Source: Candidatus Rifleibacteriota bacterium (GTDB lineage: Bacteria > Muiribacteriota > Ozemobacteria > Ozemobacterales > Ozemobacteraceae). Taken from it: a stretch of 64,000 bases of DNA. The stretch covers positions 3,414-67,413 of the forward strand of contig JAQVCG010000004.1 of the NCBI GenBank assembly GCA_028689875.1, written 5' to 3'. The number at the start of each line of letters is the position of its first letter. The first letter of the stretch is position 1. Under the pieces are notes generated by a model. It did no database searches. It saw nothing but the letters and a program-made list of their open reading frames with translations, and was not told where the DNA came from. The position numbers and the translations under genes were made by a program. This document shows, piece after piece, positions 63,882 through 64,000 of the stretch.

Positions 63882-63901
63882 ATTCCTTTTAAGCCGGGCG
63901 G
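63882..63901 (+). repeat. 20-bp direct repeat, right copy (ATTCCTTTTAAGCCGGGCGG)
   Basis: Identical to 62289-62308. Intergenic, 78 nt upstream of the abiEi start. Confidence 0.9.
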
Positions 63902-63949
63902 TTATTGATTGGTGTGGAGTTTGGGGATGTGGCGGTGTAAGACTTCGGC
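63902..63949 (+). repeat. dispersed intergenic repeat, degenerate copy D
   Basis: TTATTGATTGGTGTGGAGTTTGGGGATGTGGCGGTGTAAGACTTCGGC aligns by eye with copy A (TTATTATGTGGTGTTTGGGTGGTGGCAACTGCGGTGAACTTCGAGGC). Confidence 0.4.
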
Positions 63950-64000
63950 TAATACAATACCGAGTGCAGATGTTAGAAATTGAACGCCCAGCACAGGTAT

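Larger units (their letters stand above)
62289..63901. mobile_element. putative integrated AbiE cassette bounded by 20-bp direct repeats
   Basis: Two-gene defence/TA module between perfect direct repeats at the end of a core gene. The interior looks clearly more AT-rich than mfd by eye. No recombinase lies within the cassette. Confidence 0.5.

Overview
This is a 64-kb chromosomal window from a moderately AT-rich bacterium with a Gram-negative-type envelope (OmpA-like domains, outer-membrane beta-barrels, lipobox proteins). I cannot assign the lineage. All calls come from reading the ORF track and the DNA by eye (motifs, architecture, gene junctions); no searches were run. I support about 55 protein genes and 2 tRNAs (Gln-CUG, Leu-GAG), and I saw no rRNA, CRISPR array, transposase or integrase.

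Housekeeping backbone:
- argF
- a three-gene murD-ftsW-murG module, with murC located elsewhere
- a floA-led operon
- a yacL-like/CBS/gltX/leuS operon
- an ABC-F ATPase
- mfd
- a GAPDH-family enzyme

Most notable content:
1. A tightly packed nine-gene operon (44935-54778). It combines two paralogous substrate-binding-protein::OmpA fusions flanking a PspA/IM30 gene, a NitT/TauT-type ABC importer, a 2-TM coiled-coil protein, a classic-clade AAA+ ATPase and an RsbW-like kinase.
2. A DUF2760 / Hsp70-like / long Hsp70-like cassette (24320-29876) with murC directly downstream.
3. A 1.6-kb AbiEi/AbiEii cassette inserted at the 3' end of mfd and bounded by a perfect 20-bp direct repeat.
4. A non-flagellar MotA/MotB pair co-oriented with a lipoprotein and a LysM-bearing outer-membrane barrel.
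5. A dispersed GC-rich intergenic repeat family with at least five copies.
6. A convergent pair of secreted gluzincin-like proteins, one carrying a long glycine-zipper region.

Several consensus sigma70-type promoters and rho-independent terminators are readable directly. Many track ORFs are antisense artefacts inside real genes.
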